From Chiloscyllium plagiosum (lineage: Eukaryota): a stretch of DNA of 64,000 nucleotides. Position numbers and translations under genes: made by a program. Shown piece after piece: positions 23,201 through 35,758 of this stretch. The stretch is from assembly GCF_004010195.1 (NCBI RefSeq), contig NC_057752.1, forward strand, positions 4,229,626 through 4,293,625, written 5' to 3'. The notes beneath the pieces are model-generated. The model was not told where the DNA came from. It ran no database searches and saw only the letters and a program-made list of their open reading frames with translations. Position 1 is the stretch's first letter. Each line of letters begins with the position of its first letter.

Positions 23201-26200
23201 CCCTAGAAACATCATATTTATGCCTGAAGTTTGTATTTTACCACAGAATGAAATGCAAAGTAGAATAGATTGATTTTTCAGTGCAACTGTCGAAAGCATT
23301 TTTTAGCCGAGGTATTTATGACATTATTTTACAAAACAATTTGAAAACCAACTGAGAGATGATTCTTAGAATTTTTTTTAAAAGGTTAAGTTTCACAGGA
23401 AAACTATCACCCTACCTTTTGTTCTACCTCGGAGAGATGACAGAGAAAGAGGGACAGAGGAAGGCAGGGAGGGTTATTTGAATTTTACTTTCTTTTTACT
23501 GAAAATCTGAAAATGGATTGTTTATAAAAAGATTTAATTATCCAGCTACAGTTGATGCAATCATTTCTTTGGTCCCTTTAAAAAAAATTAAAAACATAAC
23601 TTCTTTGTCTCAGGCAAATATCCTAACTGTTTCTTTCCTAATTATTTTACTGAGGCTGTGAATAGTTCCTAACATTGCACCCCCTACCTTCCTCCAACAC
23701 AGTGTTTGCCTCCATGAAATGACTCTGGAATTGGGAGCGGAGACCTGGTGTGGACTTTGGTTTGAGGTGATATCAGCTCAATTAAAAGATGAGCTTAAAC
23801 CTGGGACAATATACTTAGACACATACTTGGTCTGATTAGAGTACTCTATTTTAGGTTGGTTCTTGCATTTGATTTCTTCATTCCTAATCAATGTATTTCC
23901 TTTCAACAATAAATAAGGAACTCCATGAGCTGCAAGCACAAGTTAAGGATATTGCTGTCACTGTTGAAGTTGATAATACCCGTGATCTGGACCTCCAAGA
24001 GCTTGTCACTAACATGAAGGAACAGTATGATATTTTGGCAATCAAGAATCGTGATGAAACTCAGGCTGTATACAAAGGCAAGGTAAAGAAGAATTGAGGA
24101 AAAATCTTGACCTTTCTCCTCTGGCACCTGAGTTCAACGCTCCTCAGGCTGTTAGAAGAAAGTCACCTCTGTGGGTTATTAGGGCATTTGGTAAAAAAAT
24201 TGGCACTTGCATTCAAAGAGTGAACAGTTGTTGTAGGAAGTGGGTAAGTGCCAAATCGATCCAATTGGCACACTGTTCTTCTGAGTTTGAGGCTGATGGG
24301 CATGATGGGTGTTTACTCTCCGTTTTACTACGCAACCCATAACCCTAAATTGTACTAGACCACGGTAGTGCCGATAATCTGATGGCAAGTACTTGACACA
24401 CTGGGACTGGGTCCCTGAAAATTTGGATTATGTGCCCTTGAATGTTTAAAGTTTCAATGTGCTCAAGGTACCCAAAGCATCATGTTCAGATGCTGAGCAG
24501 AAAGTATTGCTTCTATTAGATGAGACACTCACTCTATGCGAAAAGCTGGAGTATCTGATCTAAACTGTGGTCCATTTGGGTGAGTTGTAGAAGAGGAGGC
24601 CAAGTGAAAAAAATACTCACAAACATTATCTGCCTGTTACTCTCCTTGGAAGCTGTATCACAGCATTCAAGCATCACTATCCATGTTCCTCTCGTCCTCA
24701 ATGCTAGAAAGTATCTTGGCACACAGTTGGGCAATCACTTGCTGGTGGTTTCTGACAAACTGGCCCTCCCACTCTCAGCAATGGGAGAATTATGGAAATT
24801 AATTGGTTTTAGGCTTTCGGGTGAGATTAGCTGATTTGTGCTTTGGCAAATGCAACACCTATATCAGCAATGAGGCAAATCTCCAACTCACCCTCATGAA
24901 ATTAGTTCTAGTAAGTTTAACTTTATCTCCTCAAAAAAATCCTTTAGACTGAATCTTATAGAGGCCTGAAAGACTTGGGCTATCGTGAGAAATGCAGTAG
25001 CATCACCCAAGAAGTCCAGTGTTGCCTACTTGACGTCATGAATAACTTGCTGCATCTTTTAAGCAAGTTCCAGGCTTCACGTTCCTTATTAAGGGGGAGT
25101 ATTTCTTGTTATTGACTTTATTAATTGTATATATTGCCTCATTAATACGCAAGTTCCTATCTTGCCACTTGCCACGGGCAAACCAGATGCTGAGAATTCT
25201 CAACACGAAGGTCAAACCAGGTACCTGGTGACTTTGGCTCACTATTTGCTGCAAAAGACCTTAATGTAGGACACCAAGGACCAATACCTCAGGGCATACT
25301 GCATGGGCACCAGCCGCAAGCACCCTGCATCCATGGGCAGTGTCATCTGACACATGCCAGGGCACATCTCTGATTCACTTAGAGAGAAACAGCAACTATC
25401 ATTGTAATGCTGTAGTAAGTGCACTTTATGCACAGGGACATACTCTCAGCTCATGAACTGGAGCAAGCTGCATCTCCGGGTTGCTTGCTTGCTCTCGGAG
25501 CACTCACTCACTCTGACCCTAGCTTGACGATCACAGCAACCCTGCTTGCTTTGCCTTTTTGCTATTCTCTCCTTCAACCAGAGATCCATGGTCCACCGTA
25601 CTTCTTCCTTGATTTGCCATTTAGCACAGACTCAAAACCAAGAAGCTAGTCGTGGTTGACAGCAGTCCTTGATCAAATGAGATGGGCAGCAGCAAGTGCA
25701 GGAAGATTCGTGGGCAAGAGTGAGAGTGATAGAGCATGAGCCTGTGTGGGAAGTGGATACAGGAGCAGAGAGACAGTGAGCGTGAGGCATTGGAGAGAAG
25801 GTGGTGGCACTTACCCTGGTGGAGTAGGGAAGGTCACTGCCCTTCTTCCTACAGCGTTGGGTATTCCTTCAGATGCTGAGGCTGCATGACTACACTGACC
25901 CAGGTGGCAGCTTTGGACCATGCTGGCATAGTCTGGTGTTGTGGTCTCCACTGCTGGTCCTGGGGGAAGATCCTCTGCACCAACCTGTCCAGTACTGTCT
26001 TCAGATTCCTGCCCGCAAAGCGAGCCACCAGTTTTCCCCTGTCTGCCACATTCAAGGTAAATGTCAGGAACAGCACGTGGCAGCTCCAGACTCAGTGCTT
26101 ATCTGGGTTCACAGTGGCCTTTTATAGGTGCTGGCCAGGGATGACAATCAATTCTAGAATATCCTGCTGGTGACAAGTTTTTCTGAGATCAACCATGCTA

Positions 26201-29200
26201 AGATGGAGTAACTATTGGAAGAGAAGGGGCAGAGTAGGTGGTTAATGAGGTGAGTTGGTAAGATACAGTGAAAGATATCACTAAACCTTGCAGTGAGAAG
26301 TCAGCCAAGAAACTGACACCTAGCCAATAAAGTATAATTCAGCCCAATGTATTTATTCACCATCCTGGGTCGTAGACATTGTGGCAGAATAAATAGCATT
26401 TGATGTCTTCCTTATTTATATATCCTCAACGTTGCAGAGAGATTGTTTCCCTTTGTGGAAGAGTCTATGATCAGAGGAGATAACCTCAGAATAAGGTGTC
26501 ACACATTTAAGACAGAAATGAGGAGGATTTTCTTCTCTGAAGGTATTGAACCTGTGGCATTCTTTACCACAGAGGGCAGTCGAAGCTGGGCCATTGAGTC
26601 AATTCAAGGCTGAGATAGACAGATTTTTAATCAGTAGAGAAACCAAAAATTTTGAAGGAAAGGCAAAGAATTGGAGTTGAGAGTTACCATATCAGTGATT
26701 GTCTCATTGAATGCAGAGCAGACTTGCTGGGCTGAATGGCCTACTTCTGTTCCTCTGCGTTATGGTCTTCTGCACAAGGCCAACATCTAACGTCTATCCA
26801 TAATTGCCCATGGAAAGATGGTGGGGAGCCACTTTCTTGAACAGTTCCATCTGGTGTAAGTAGACCCACAGTGATGTTAGGGAGGGGGTTCCAGAATTTC
26901 GACCCAGCAACAGTAAAGGAACAGCTGATATATATTCAAGTCAAGATGGTATGTGGCTTGGAAGGGAAATTGGTGTTGTTCCTCCATGTCTGCTGCCTTT
27001 CTAGGTAGAGAGTTCAGGTTTGGAAGGTGCTGTCTCATTTGGGTTTATTAGAGGTAACAAAACTGATGGGCTGAACAATGTTTCTAATTTCCTATTACCT
27101 TCTCTTATGCTTTTGATGTTTCTTTCATTTCAGTTCAATCAACTGGCTCAGTCTGCTGGAAAATATGATGATGATATGCGCCTCATCAAAAATGAAATCA
27201 TGGAATCAACCAGGAGAATCACAAAACTTAACTCTGAAATCGATGCTCTTAAGGGTCAGGTAATCATGTCCACACCAATTCATATTAACATTTGTTGCTC
27301 CTTTTCCAATTGTTTTCCTTCAACTTCCAGAAGGCCTTATCACCTTTCCGATGGCACAGCCTGCAACCACTCTCTAGTACCTTGGCCAATTATCTGTTAT
27401 CTTCACTGATTGCACTGGAAACTTATTCAACTAAAGAGTGTTGCCAAAGCCAATTCTGTCCACACATGCACTTTTCCAATGCCAGTCATTATGTCAGGAG
27501 TGGAATCCCATCTGCTTCTCTCCCTCTCTATCATAGTAAATTTGGGGCAGTTGCTGGAGTCTGAGAAGTGAATCTGACTAATTTTGCCTCACCTCCCTGA
27601 TAGTAATTTGGAGTGAATTTCTGTGGGGGTTTGAGGAGACCTGAAGTTCTAACTGTCCCATGAAAGTCTGGTACAGATAACAAAGCAAATGGGGCCAAAG
27701 AAGTAGCAGCACCCAACTTATTTCCCACTGCTCGTTCCTCTTCTGCCTTATAATACCAAAGGACAGTGTGAGGGTACAATGGAAATGGTGTACAGAGGGC
27801 TGTCAGAGCAAAAGATTGCATCTCCACTGTTGGAAACCCCCAATACTTTTATGCCCTCAACTTTGTTTGGCCTCTTCTGCTGCCCCTCTTCAACAAAACA
27901 ATTGCTTTGTGGTGATACAATTTTGCTCTGTCTCTCTCTCCACCTCATCCCCAATCCGTTCACGAATGGGCACCAGGATGCTGGAGTGCATCAAAAGCAA
28001 AATAACACAGAATCCAGAAATCTGAAATATAAACAGAAAATGCCGGAAACATACTGCAGAGGGTCAAACAGCACACTGGAGAGAGACAGAGAAAAAAAGA
28101 GTTAACAAAGTGATATTTTGTCTTAACTGGAAAATGTTAGGCTATGTGGACATTACAACAATGTTAATTAAACTTCCATGCTTAGTGTTCAGGATAATTG
28201 GATAGCAGCATGCTGAGCACAGCTGCCAGTGGCGTGAGAGTGGAGAGGTTTCCTTGGCTGTTAATGGCACCACACATGCACATATGGGTGGAGTCAATGC
28301 CAGCTTCTGGTTCCAAGTGCATCTTGACAATGTCAGCAGTGCTGACTTTCTCTGCCACTTGCAAGAGATGATCGCATTTTAAATTTGGATATAGGAATTT
28401 AAAATCTGATACAATGTGGCAGAGCTCTTGGAAAGCAGCGGTTTAATTGGACAGAGTCAGCATGGATTTACAAAAGGGAAATCATGCTTGACGAATCTAC
28501 TGGAATTCTTCAAGGATGTAACTAATAGAGTTGATGAGAAGGAGCCAATAGATGTGATTTATTTGGAATTTCAGAAGGGCTTCTGACAAAGTGCCACATA
28601 GGAGATTACATATAAAATTAAAAAGCATAGGATTGAGTGTGCTGTATTGAGATGCAGAGGAAACTGGTTGGCAAACAGGAAACTAAGAACAGGAATAAGC
28701 AGTTCTTTTTCTAAGTGGCAGGCAGTGAGTAGTACACAGCAGAAATCAGTGCTCAAATCCCAGCTATTCACAATACATATTAATGATTTAAATGTAACGT
28801 TTCCAAATTTGCAGATGACACAAAGCTGTATGGGAGGGTCAGCTGTGATGAGGATGCAGAGAAGCTGCAGTGCAATTTGGACATGCTGAGTGAGAGGGCA
28901 AATGCATGGTACATGCAGGAGAATGTGAGGTTATCCATTTTGGTAGCAAAAACAGGATGGTAGATTATTGTCTGAATCATACAATCTTAGAATTTTAACA
29001 TAGACAGAAGCCATTCGAATCATCATGTCTGTACCATTGTATGATTTCAATAAGGAGTTGAATGTCGTAGTTGAGGTTAAAGGGATCAAAGGCCATGAGA
29101 GAAAAGCAGGAACAGGCTACCTAGTTGGATATTTCGCCAAGATTGTAATGAATGTTGAAGCAGGCTTGAAGGGCCAAATGTCCTACTCCTCTTATTTTCT

Positions 29201-32200
29201 ATTTATATATTTCTACTCCAAAAATAAGAAACAAGGTTTGACCTGCATGCTGACACCAGAAGTGACCATGGATATTACAAGATTAATTCTGTTGTTCAAG
29301 ATCAAAAAGTTGGCAAAGTTATCATTGTGTTAATACTGCATCATGGTCCATCATCACAGGCTCATCAGGGCAACTTAATTGTTCATTGTTATGTGAGCCT
29401 GACCATACACCCCACTCTTGCTCATTATGTGGCCAGTGACAATGATTACATATGTCACTGGTTCAGAACAGATGTGCTGGCAAATTCAATGCCAACTTAT
29501 ATAAAGACTTTCAGTTCAACTACCCGCAGTTCTCATAATTCCCATGACTGGTCACCAGTACCTTTCTGGACGCACATAAGCAGGCACATCGTATGTACTG
29601 AAGGCTTTTCCATATAGAAACATATGAAATTATGAAGGAAATAGATAAGATAGAGGTAGAGAGGATGTTTCCACTGGTGGGTGAAACTGGGACAAGAGGA
29701 AATAGCCTCAAAATTAGGGGGAGTAGATATAGAACTGAATTGAAAAGGAACTTCTTCACCCAGAGGGTTGTGAATCTATAGAATTCTCTGCCCAGTGAAG
29801 TGGTTGAGGTTTCCTCAGTAAATGTTTTTAGAGCTAATGTAATTTTTTGAACAGGAAAGGAATTAAAGGTTTTGGTGAGAGTACAGGTAAGTGGAGCTGA
29901 GGCCACAAAAAGACGAGCCATGATCTTATTGAGTGGTGGAGCGGGCTCAAAGGGCCTGATGGTCTACTCCTGCTCCTTGTTCTTATGTTCTTATAAGTTC
30001 AGATCATGGAGCCCATTACAGCTGAACTTAATTTTTACATGACACTTAGTGTTAAGAATTATTTCTGATTGCTATTTTTTATTTTTTAAAAGCATTTGTA
30101 AAGATTTAACTGTTTGAGTTCTCAAAAATATAGACTCAAGGGAATCTGTTGAATTCCTTGACAAGTCATGACCAGGTCTTTAAACAGCTGATTTACTCAC
30201 TGGCTAGGGTCACTGCATAGAATAAAAACCGTGCTGACTTTTCAGAGGGATCACTGCCCAGTTGATATCAAGTAAGTCAGCACCCAGACCAGAAATTGGA
30301 TTTTGAATTGCCTCAGTATTATAATATAGTCCATTCATCCATTCCACATTTAGCAGCGTTGAGGTTGGGGGGAGGTGTGGTTATTTTTTAAGTAGTAAAA
30401 GATTCTTAAGATACAATATGATTCACTTCTGGATATTTCTGTATAGAATTAAACAGTTTAAGAGCAGCTATTGAAAATGTCATTTTCTTTGCTAACATTT
30501 CACTTTTTAAATAAACACACATTTAGCGCCCTGGGTTGGATGCAGCAATTACTGAAGCAGAGGAACGTGGAGAAATAAATGTGAGAAAAATAAGGGCAGA
30601 GATTACTGAACGAGAGAATGAGATATACCAAGCCAAGCAGGCTGTAGCTCGGAAATTACGGGATTATCAAGAGCTACTGAACATCAAGATTGCCCTAGAT
30701 TTTGAAATTGCCACCTACAGGAAAATGCTGGAGGGAGAGGAGATCAGGTACAGAACGTTTTTGGATAACAATATTTTTATTTGGTCATGGGACGTGAGCT
30801 TGCTGATGGGGCAATCCTAATGAAGATTGTCTAAAAACATGTTTCACCCTAAGAAAACTTTGTATAAGCAAATTGTAAATGTGTTTATAAAGTACGTGCT
30901 TATTGTTTAGTTGCAAATGACATGCTATTAAATGCATTCTTATCAGTGTTTTAAATCTATCTTATTTCTTCAAGCAATCATTATTAAATATTTCATATGA
31001 TTTCATGTTTAGCAGGCAAATTCAGATCTCCAAAAAAAGGTGTGACTAGTGTACATTCCAAAACTACCTAATGTATCCCTCAACTTTTTCTTTTGGATTT
31101 TTTTTAATCCAAGTTATATGAATTTTAGACATTACGTAAAATGAAACTTTGCTGAGTGTAGAGCTATTCGAGGATGCAGACTCAGAGGATAGCAACACTG
31201 ATACTACTTCAGGCTCAACCTAAATAGCTTGCTTGAGTTGCATCACATCCAGCACAAAAGGAGCAAAGGCCTTTGAAGGTAAGGGGATGCAGAATATTGA
31301 TGTCACTCTGAAATAGTACACAGGGTCTGACCAGCCAAGACAGCTCATTTAGTAAGATTCCTTATGTTATTGTGAGTCACTGAGATAAGAGGCTGATTGC
31401 AGGCAAAAATTAGTTTAGGTCATAGTCTCACCTGCCTTACATATCTAATTTTGACCTAAAAGACTATGGACGCTCAATCCCTAAGTATAATTCAAGACAG
31501 AGAGTAATAGATTTTTGGGCACTAAGACAATAAAAGGATGTAGGGAGAGGGTGGGAAAGGGGAGATGAGCTAGATCAGCCATTACCATACTGAATAGCAG
31601 AGCAGGCCTGAGGACCCTGCTCCTATACTTATGTTCTTGCAATCTTGTAGTCTCTACCAGTGGATTAGGGGCAAAAGAATGGTTAAATTGGCAGATTTTA
31701 AAAAAGCTGAAAATGTGTTGCTGGAAAAGCGCAGCAGGTCAGGCAGCATCCAAGGAGCAGGAGAATCGATGTTTCGGGCATGAGCCCTTCTTCAGGAATG
31801 AGGAAAGTGTGCCCAGCAGGCTAAGATAAAAGGTAGGGAGGAGGGACTTGGGGGAGGAGTGTTGGAAATGCGATAGGTGGAAGGAGTGAAGGTTTGTAGC
31901 TCAGGTTGAGGTTTAGGGTGTAGGTTTGCTCGCTGAGCTGTAGGTTTGATATCCAGACGTTTCATTACCTGGCTAGGTAACATCATCAGTGGCGACCTCC
32001 AAGTGAAGCGAAGCTGTTATCTCCTGTTTTCTATTTATATCTTTCTCCTGGATGGGGTTCCTGGGGTTTGTGGTGATGTCATTTCCTGTTCGTTTTCTGA
32101 GGGGTTGATAGATGGCATCTAGATCTATGTGCTTGTTTATGGCATTGTGGTTGGAGTGCCATAAAAAACATCTGGATTTAGTATATAAATAGGAAGGGTT

Positions 32201-35200
32201 CAGAGGGATATGGGGAAGTGTTGGCAAAATTGACAAGATTAGGTTAGGGAATCAGGTCGACATGGACAAGTTGAACCAGAGGGTCCGTTTCCGTGCAGTA
32301 CATCTCTATGAATCTATGTCTATATAATGAAGGGCATCAAGTGAAACACCTTCATAACCGCCCTGTCTATATATGAAGAAAACTTCAAAGAATTATGCAT
32401 GAAACCCTAGGTTGCTCCGTTCTACAACACTACTAATGGCTCAACATTTAATTATATATGTGTTTTTTTTAAGAGAAAGTGAGGACTGCAGATGATGGAG
32501 AACAGAGCTGAAAATGTCCCCCCACCTTGTCTCAGTCCCAACCCTCGGACTCAGCACCACCTTCCTAACCTGCAGTCTTCTTCCTGACTTCTCTGCCCCC
32601 ATCCCCACTCCGGCCTATCACCCTAATCTTATCACCCTCACCTTAACCTTCTTCCACCTATCGCATTTCCAACGCCCCTCCCCCAAGTCCCTCCTCCCTA
32701 CCTTTTATCTTAGTCTGCTTGGCACACTTTCCTCATTCCTGAAGAAGGGCTCATACCCGAAACGTCAATTCCCCTGCTCCTTGGATGCTGCCTGACCTGC
32801 TGCGCTTTTCCAGCAACATATTTTCAGCTCTGATCTCCAGCATCTGCAGCCCTCACTTTCTCCTCGAAGATTAAAAAAAAACAGTCAAACTCCACACAAG
32901 TCACTTAAACTTCATTAGTTGAGGTAATGATACAAACATCCTGTTTAAAGAGGGGTGTGAAATATTGGATAAAATAGGCATAATGAGAAGGGAAGTACTG
33001 GAGGACCTGACCTCCTTGAAGATGGATGAATCAGCAGAGCCAGATGAATTATATCCTCCGCTGTTAGATGAAACCAGAGCAGAAATAGCGGATCCTCTGA
33101 GGATCACTTTCCAATCCTGACTGGATGCAGTTTAGGTGGCTGAGGGTTGGAGGGGTGAATGTTATACTATTTTTCAGAAATGGTACGAGGGATAGACCAA
33201 CTAATTATAGGCCAGTCAGTCTGACCTGAGTGGTGAGCAAATTACTGGAACCAATATTGAAAGATAGCATTAACTGCTACTTGGAAAGACAAAGATTGAT
33301 CAAGTATAGTCAGCATGAATTTGTTATGGGAAGGTATGGCTTCCTAACTTTAATTTTTTGAGGAAGTAGCATGGGGTGGTGTAGAAGGTTCGGCATGGAA
33401 TACAGGGAATGTGATGAGTTGGATCCAAATTGGCTTAGTGACAGGAAACAAAGTGTATTGGGCAGTAAATATTTTTGCAAATGGAAAGCAGTTTCCAGCA
33501 GTGTCCCACAGGGTTCAATATTAGTTCTCACGCTGTTTGTCTTATATATTGATGTTTTAAACTTAATTCTGACAGGCATGAGTGGGACATTTGCAGACAG
33601 TGCAAATATTGGTCAGGTAATTGATAGTGATGAAGATGGCTTTCAACTGAAGCAATATATTAATGGCTTGGTTGAATGGGAGCATATTGAATTCATCCTG
33701 AAGAAGTATGAAGTAATATATTTGGGGAGGGAAAAGCAAAACAATAATCACTAAACGAGATGGTATTGAGAGGGGTAGAGGAAGTGCGAGATTTTGGAGA
33801 GTGCATGCCCACATTTCTGAAGGTGGCAGGGTAGGTGGATAAGGTGGTAAGGAAGACATATGGGATGCCTTCTTTCATTGGATGAGGTATTGAATACAAA
33901 AATAGGGGTGTAATGCTGGTACTATATGAGACACTGGTTGGACCACTGCTGGAGTTTTGTGTACATTTCTGGACACCAGGTTATAGGAAGGACATCATTG
34001 TGCAAGAGGGGATTTACAAGAATGTTGCCAGGACGTGAAAGTTGCGACTATGCGGGAACATTGGATAGGTGGGGGTCATTTTCCTCAGAACAGAGGAGGC
34101 TGATGGGTGGCTTTAATTGACATGTACAAAATAACAAGGGGCTTGGATAGAGTGGGCAAGGAAGACCTGTTTTCCCCTAGTGGAGAGATCAATGACTAGG
34201 GTCACTGATTTAAGATGATTGGTAAGACATTAGAGGCAGCATGAGGAAAAACCTATTCACCCAGAGGGTAATGAGTGACTGGAATTAGCTGCTCAGTTAA
34301 TTGAGGTGGAAGCTCTCAACTCATTTTACACAAACCTGGATATTCCCCTGAAGCTCTAGAATCTGCAAAGGTACAGAACAGCTGCTCGTCCGTGGGATTA
34401 GAACAGGCAGCTACTTTATTCAGCTGACACAGAGACAATATGCTGAACAGCTTTTTTCTGTGCTGTAACATTTCTTTACCTTGTGTATCTGTGCAAGCAG
34501 GATATTTTCAGATCATTATCTTTTACACAAACAATGCCATATCATTGAATCACTTTGCAAGACAGAAATATATTTGAGTGCATGTTTGAGAAATTTAACA
34601 GCAGTCAGGAGAATTTTATCGAACAAAAATATTGTTTGATTACATGGTTCCATTCAACATGTTGGATTTTTTTTTGCCTCTATTTATTTATTTACTTATT
34701 TATGTGATTAAACATTAATTTGCAGGATTGGTCAGCAGCAGAAGGCAATTGTTCATATTAACACCCCACCAGTATCTGGTAAGTTGTTCTACCACATGCT
34801 AGAATTCAGCTCACTTAGCTCTTTGATTAAATTATGTCAAGGCTGGCATAGTACTGAGCCAAGCAGTTCAAAGGCTAACGAACTATTCCGTATTTTAAGG
34901 ATTGTCGCACATTTCAATTATGAGACCTGGGAGGATTCAGGGGATGGGAAGGGATTGGGAAATGCTTGTGACCAGAAGAGAGGGGCCTGATGGGGGGTTC
35001 TGGGTTCTGTGATAGTGGGCTGGAAGGGGTCTTAGGTGACCATAACATCAAAGGCACAAGGAGATGCCTGGCTCAGTTTCCCACAGACAATCCTAGAATA
35101 AGGGACACAAAGGTATCCCCTGAGAACTATGGAATACTGTCTAGTGAGAGAGTCTGTGTGTGCAGAGGGAAAATCAAAGGATGGAAAAAATTTTGATTGT

Positions 35201-35598
35201 TCTGAGTGTCACTTGATGACTGGCTATGGGATAGGGAGGGTTGGCATTGCCAAGAGTCTGTGAATAGCTCGCATTTTTCAGCATCAAGTGTCAGAACAGG
35301 TAAATAAAGTAAAAGGCATTCATGTATAATAGACAAAACAAAAACAGTGCCTTCATAACAGTGACACAGCAATATTTATTTTTCTGCCGAGAGAGATTTC
35401 TGCATGTACAATCCTTTTTTTGTTTTATTTCCGCTTGACCATGCAGGTGCTACTTTGGCATATTCCAGAAGTTATTCTACTGAACACCAGGATTCCTTCA
35501 TGAATGCAGGCAGTGCTCAAGATGCCTTTGGAGGCTCGAGTGTTAAGAAAGCTGTGATGGTCAAGACTGTTCAGTCAAGTAGCAGAAATGTGGTCTAA
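20026..35598 (+). CDS. Type II (basic/neutral) keratin, 9 exons, 446 aa; join(20026..20283,20493..20701,22642..22702,22790..22885,23918..24082,27134..27259,30527..30747,34726..34778,35447..35598)
   Basis: All introns are GT-AG and the frame is continuous (1341 nt). Rod exon sizes 209/61/96/165/126/221 are the canonical type II keratin pattern. Helix initiation [26 protein letters not shown]; helix termination [13 protein letters not shown]. Confidence 0.95.
20493..20701 (+). CDS. Keratin 1 exon 2 (209 nt)
   Basis: Acceptor cttccag|; [19 protein letters not shown]..; donor ca|gtatgt. Confidence 0.95.
21720..21822 (+). mobile_element. Deu-domain SINE remnant (SacSINE1/AmnSINE1-like); related pieces at ~44715-44790 and ~53195-53290
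   Basis: tgagggagtcctacattgttagaggtgc...acattaaacc matches tgagggaatgctgcactgtcataggtgccatc (~44724) and my recollection of the Deu-domain consensus. Confidence 0.5.
22642..22702 (+). CDS. Keratin 1 exon 3 (61 nt)
   Basis: [20 protein letters not shown]; acceptor ttctaaaaag|, donor |gtatgt. Confidence 0.95.
22790..22885 (+). CDS. Keratin 1 exon 4 (96 nt)
   Basis: [32 protein letters not shown]; follows an 87-nt intron. Confidence 0.95.
23918..24082 (+). CDS. Keratin 1 exon 5 (165 nt, L12 linker)
   Basis: [35 protein letters not shown]; donor |gtaaag. Confidence 0.95.
25780..26130 (-). mobile_element. Decayed Myb/SANT-like ORF remnant, probably from a PIF/Harbinger DNA transposon
   Basis: ORF 25849-26076 ([25 protein letters not shown]) followed out of frame by ..RCRKK..DL resembles the Harbinger Myb/SANT protein; degenerate. 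Confidence 0.45.
26430..26770 (+). mobile_element. CR1-group LINE 3' tail (intron 5)
   Basis: gaaatgaggaggattttcttctct..ttcaaggctgagatagacagattt..ggctgaatggcctacttctgttcc; similar to 29610-29995 and 53290-53500. Confidence 0.7.
27134..27259 (+). CDS. Keratin 1 exon 6 (126 nt)
   Basis: [42 protein letters not shown]; acceptor tttcag|, donor |gtaatc. Confidence 0.95.
28400..29200 (+). mobile_element. Internally deleted CR1 LINE (intron 6)
   Basis: [29 protein letters not shown].. plus FADDTKL-like and tail sequence. Confidence 0.8.
29610..29995 (+). mobile_element. CR1 LINE 3' end (intron 6)
   Basis: [26 protein letters not shown]; tail ttcttatgttctta. Confidence 0.8.
30527..30747 (+). CDS. 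Keratin 1 exon 7 (221 nt, end of coil 2)
   Basis: [47 protein letters not shown]. Confidence 0.96.
31704..31890 (-). mobile_element. PLE terminal repeat (family A)
   Basis: Reverse complement of ~32660-32830. Confidence 0.75.
31891..32161 (-). mobile_element. PLE 3' end (family B; C-terminus [21 protein letters not shown] plus terminal repeat)
   Basis: Homologous to 38750-38959 and 39767-39816, and to the hairpin at 36523-36634. Confidence 0.75.
31953..31992 (-). ncRNA. Minimal type I hammerhead ribozyme motif (PLE-associated)
   Basis: Minus strand: cca-CUGAUGA-U-GUUACCU(agcc)AGGUAAU-GAAAC-GUC-ugg, giving an intact core, 7-bp stem II, palindromic ACGU stem III and 3-bp stem I. Confidence 0.75.
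32471..32865 (+). mobile_element. PLE terminal repeat with inverted 5' stub (family A)
   Basis: gagaaagtgaggactgcagatg.. inverted relative to ..catctgcagccctcactttctcc; hammerhead-like cctgaagaagggctcatacccgaaacgtc near 32740-32767. Confidence 0.75.
32935..34470 (+). mobile_element. Degenerate CR1 LINE RT and tail (intron 7)
   Basis: [31 protein letters not shown] and NLFTQRV-like fragments. Confidence 0.82.
34726..34778 (+). CDS. Keratin 1 exon 8 (53 nt)
   Basis: Acceptor tttgcag|g, [17 protein letters not shown], donor g|gtaagt; phases 2 and 1 fit exons 7 and 9. Confidence 0.85.
35447..35598 (+). CDS. Keratin 1 exon 9, coding part (tail)
   Basis: Pyrimidine tract then atgcag|gt; [31 protein letters not shown], resembling the K8-type 'AVVVKKIE' tail motif. 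Confidence 0.87.
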
Positions 35599-35734
35599 AA
35601 GAAGTCTGACAAAAACTGAAGGAAGAAAAGAAGCCTGATGGTTCTCTGCCTTATTATCTCTCAAGTTCATATCTATTTTGCATCAAATGGGCAGCAAGAA
35701 GTTTTTTTTATTATATCAGTCAGGCCAACTCATT

Positions 35735-35758
35735 CTCTCTCTCTCTCTCTCTCTCTCT
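35735..35758 (+). repeat. (CT)12 microsatellite in the keratin 1 3' UTR
   Basis: Read directly from the sequence. Confidence 0.9.

Noticed and set aside
31373..31379. AP-1 sites (TGAGTCA here and near 44682 and 44763) as keratin enhancers
   Set aside because: A 7-mer is expected several times by chance in 64 kb, and one copy lies in a SINE remnant.
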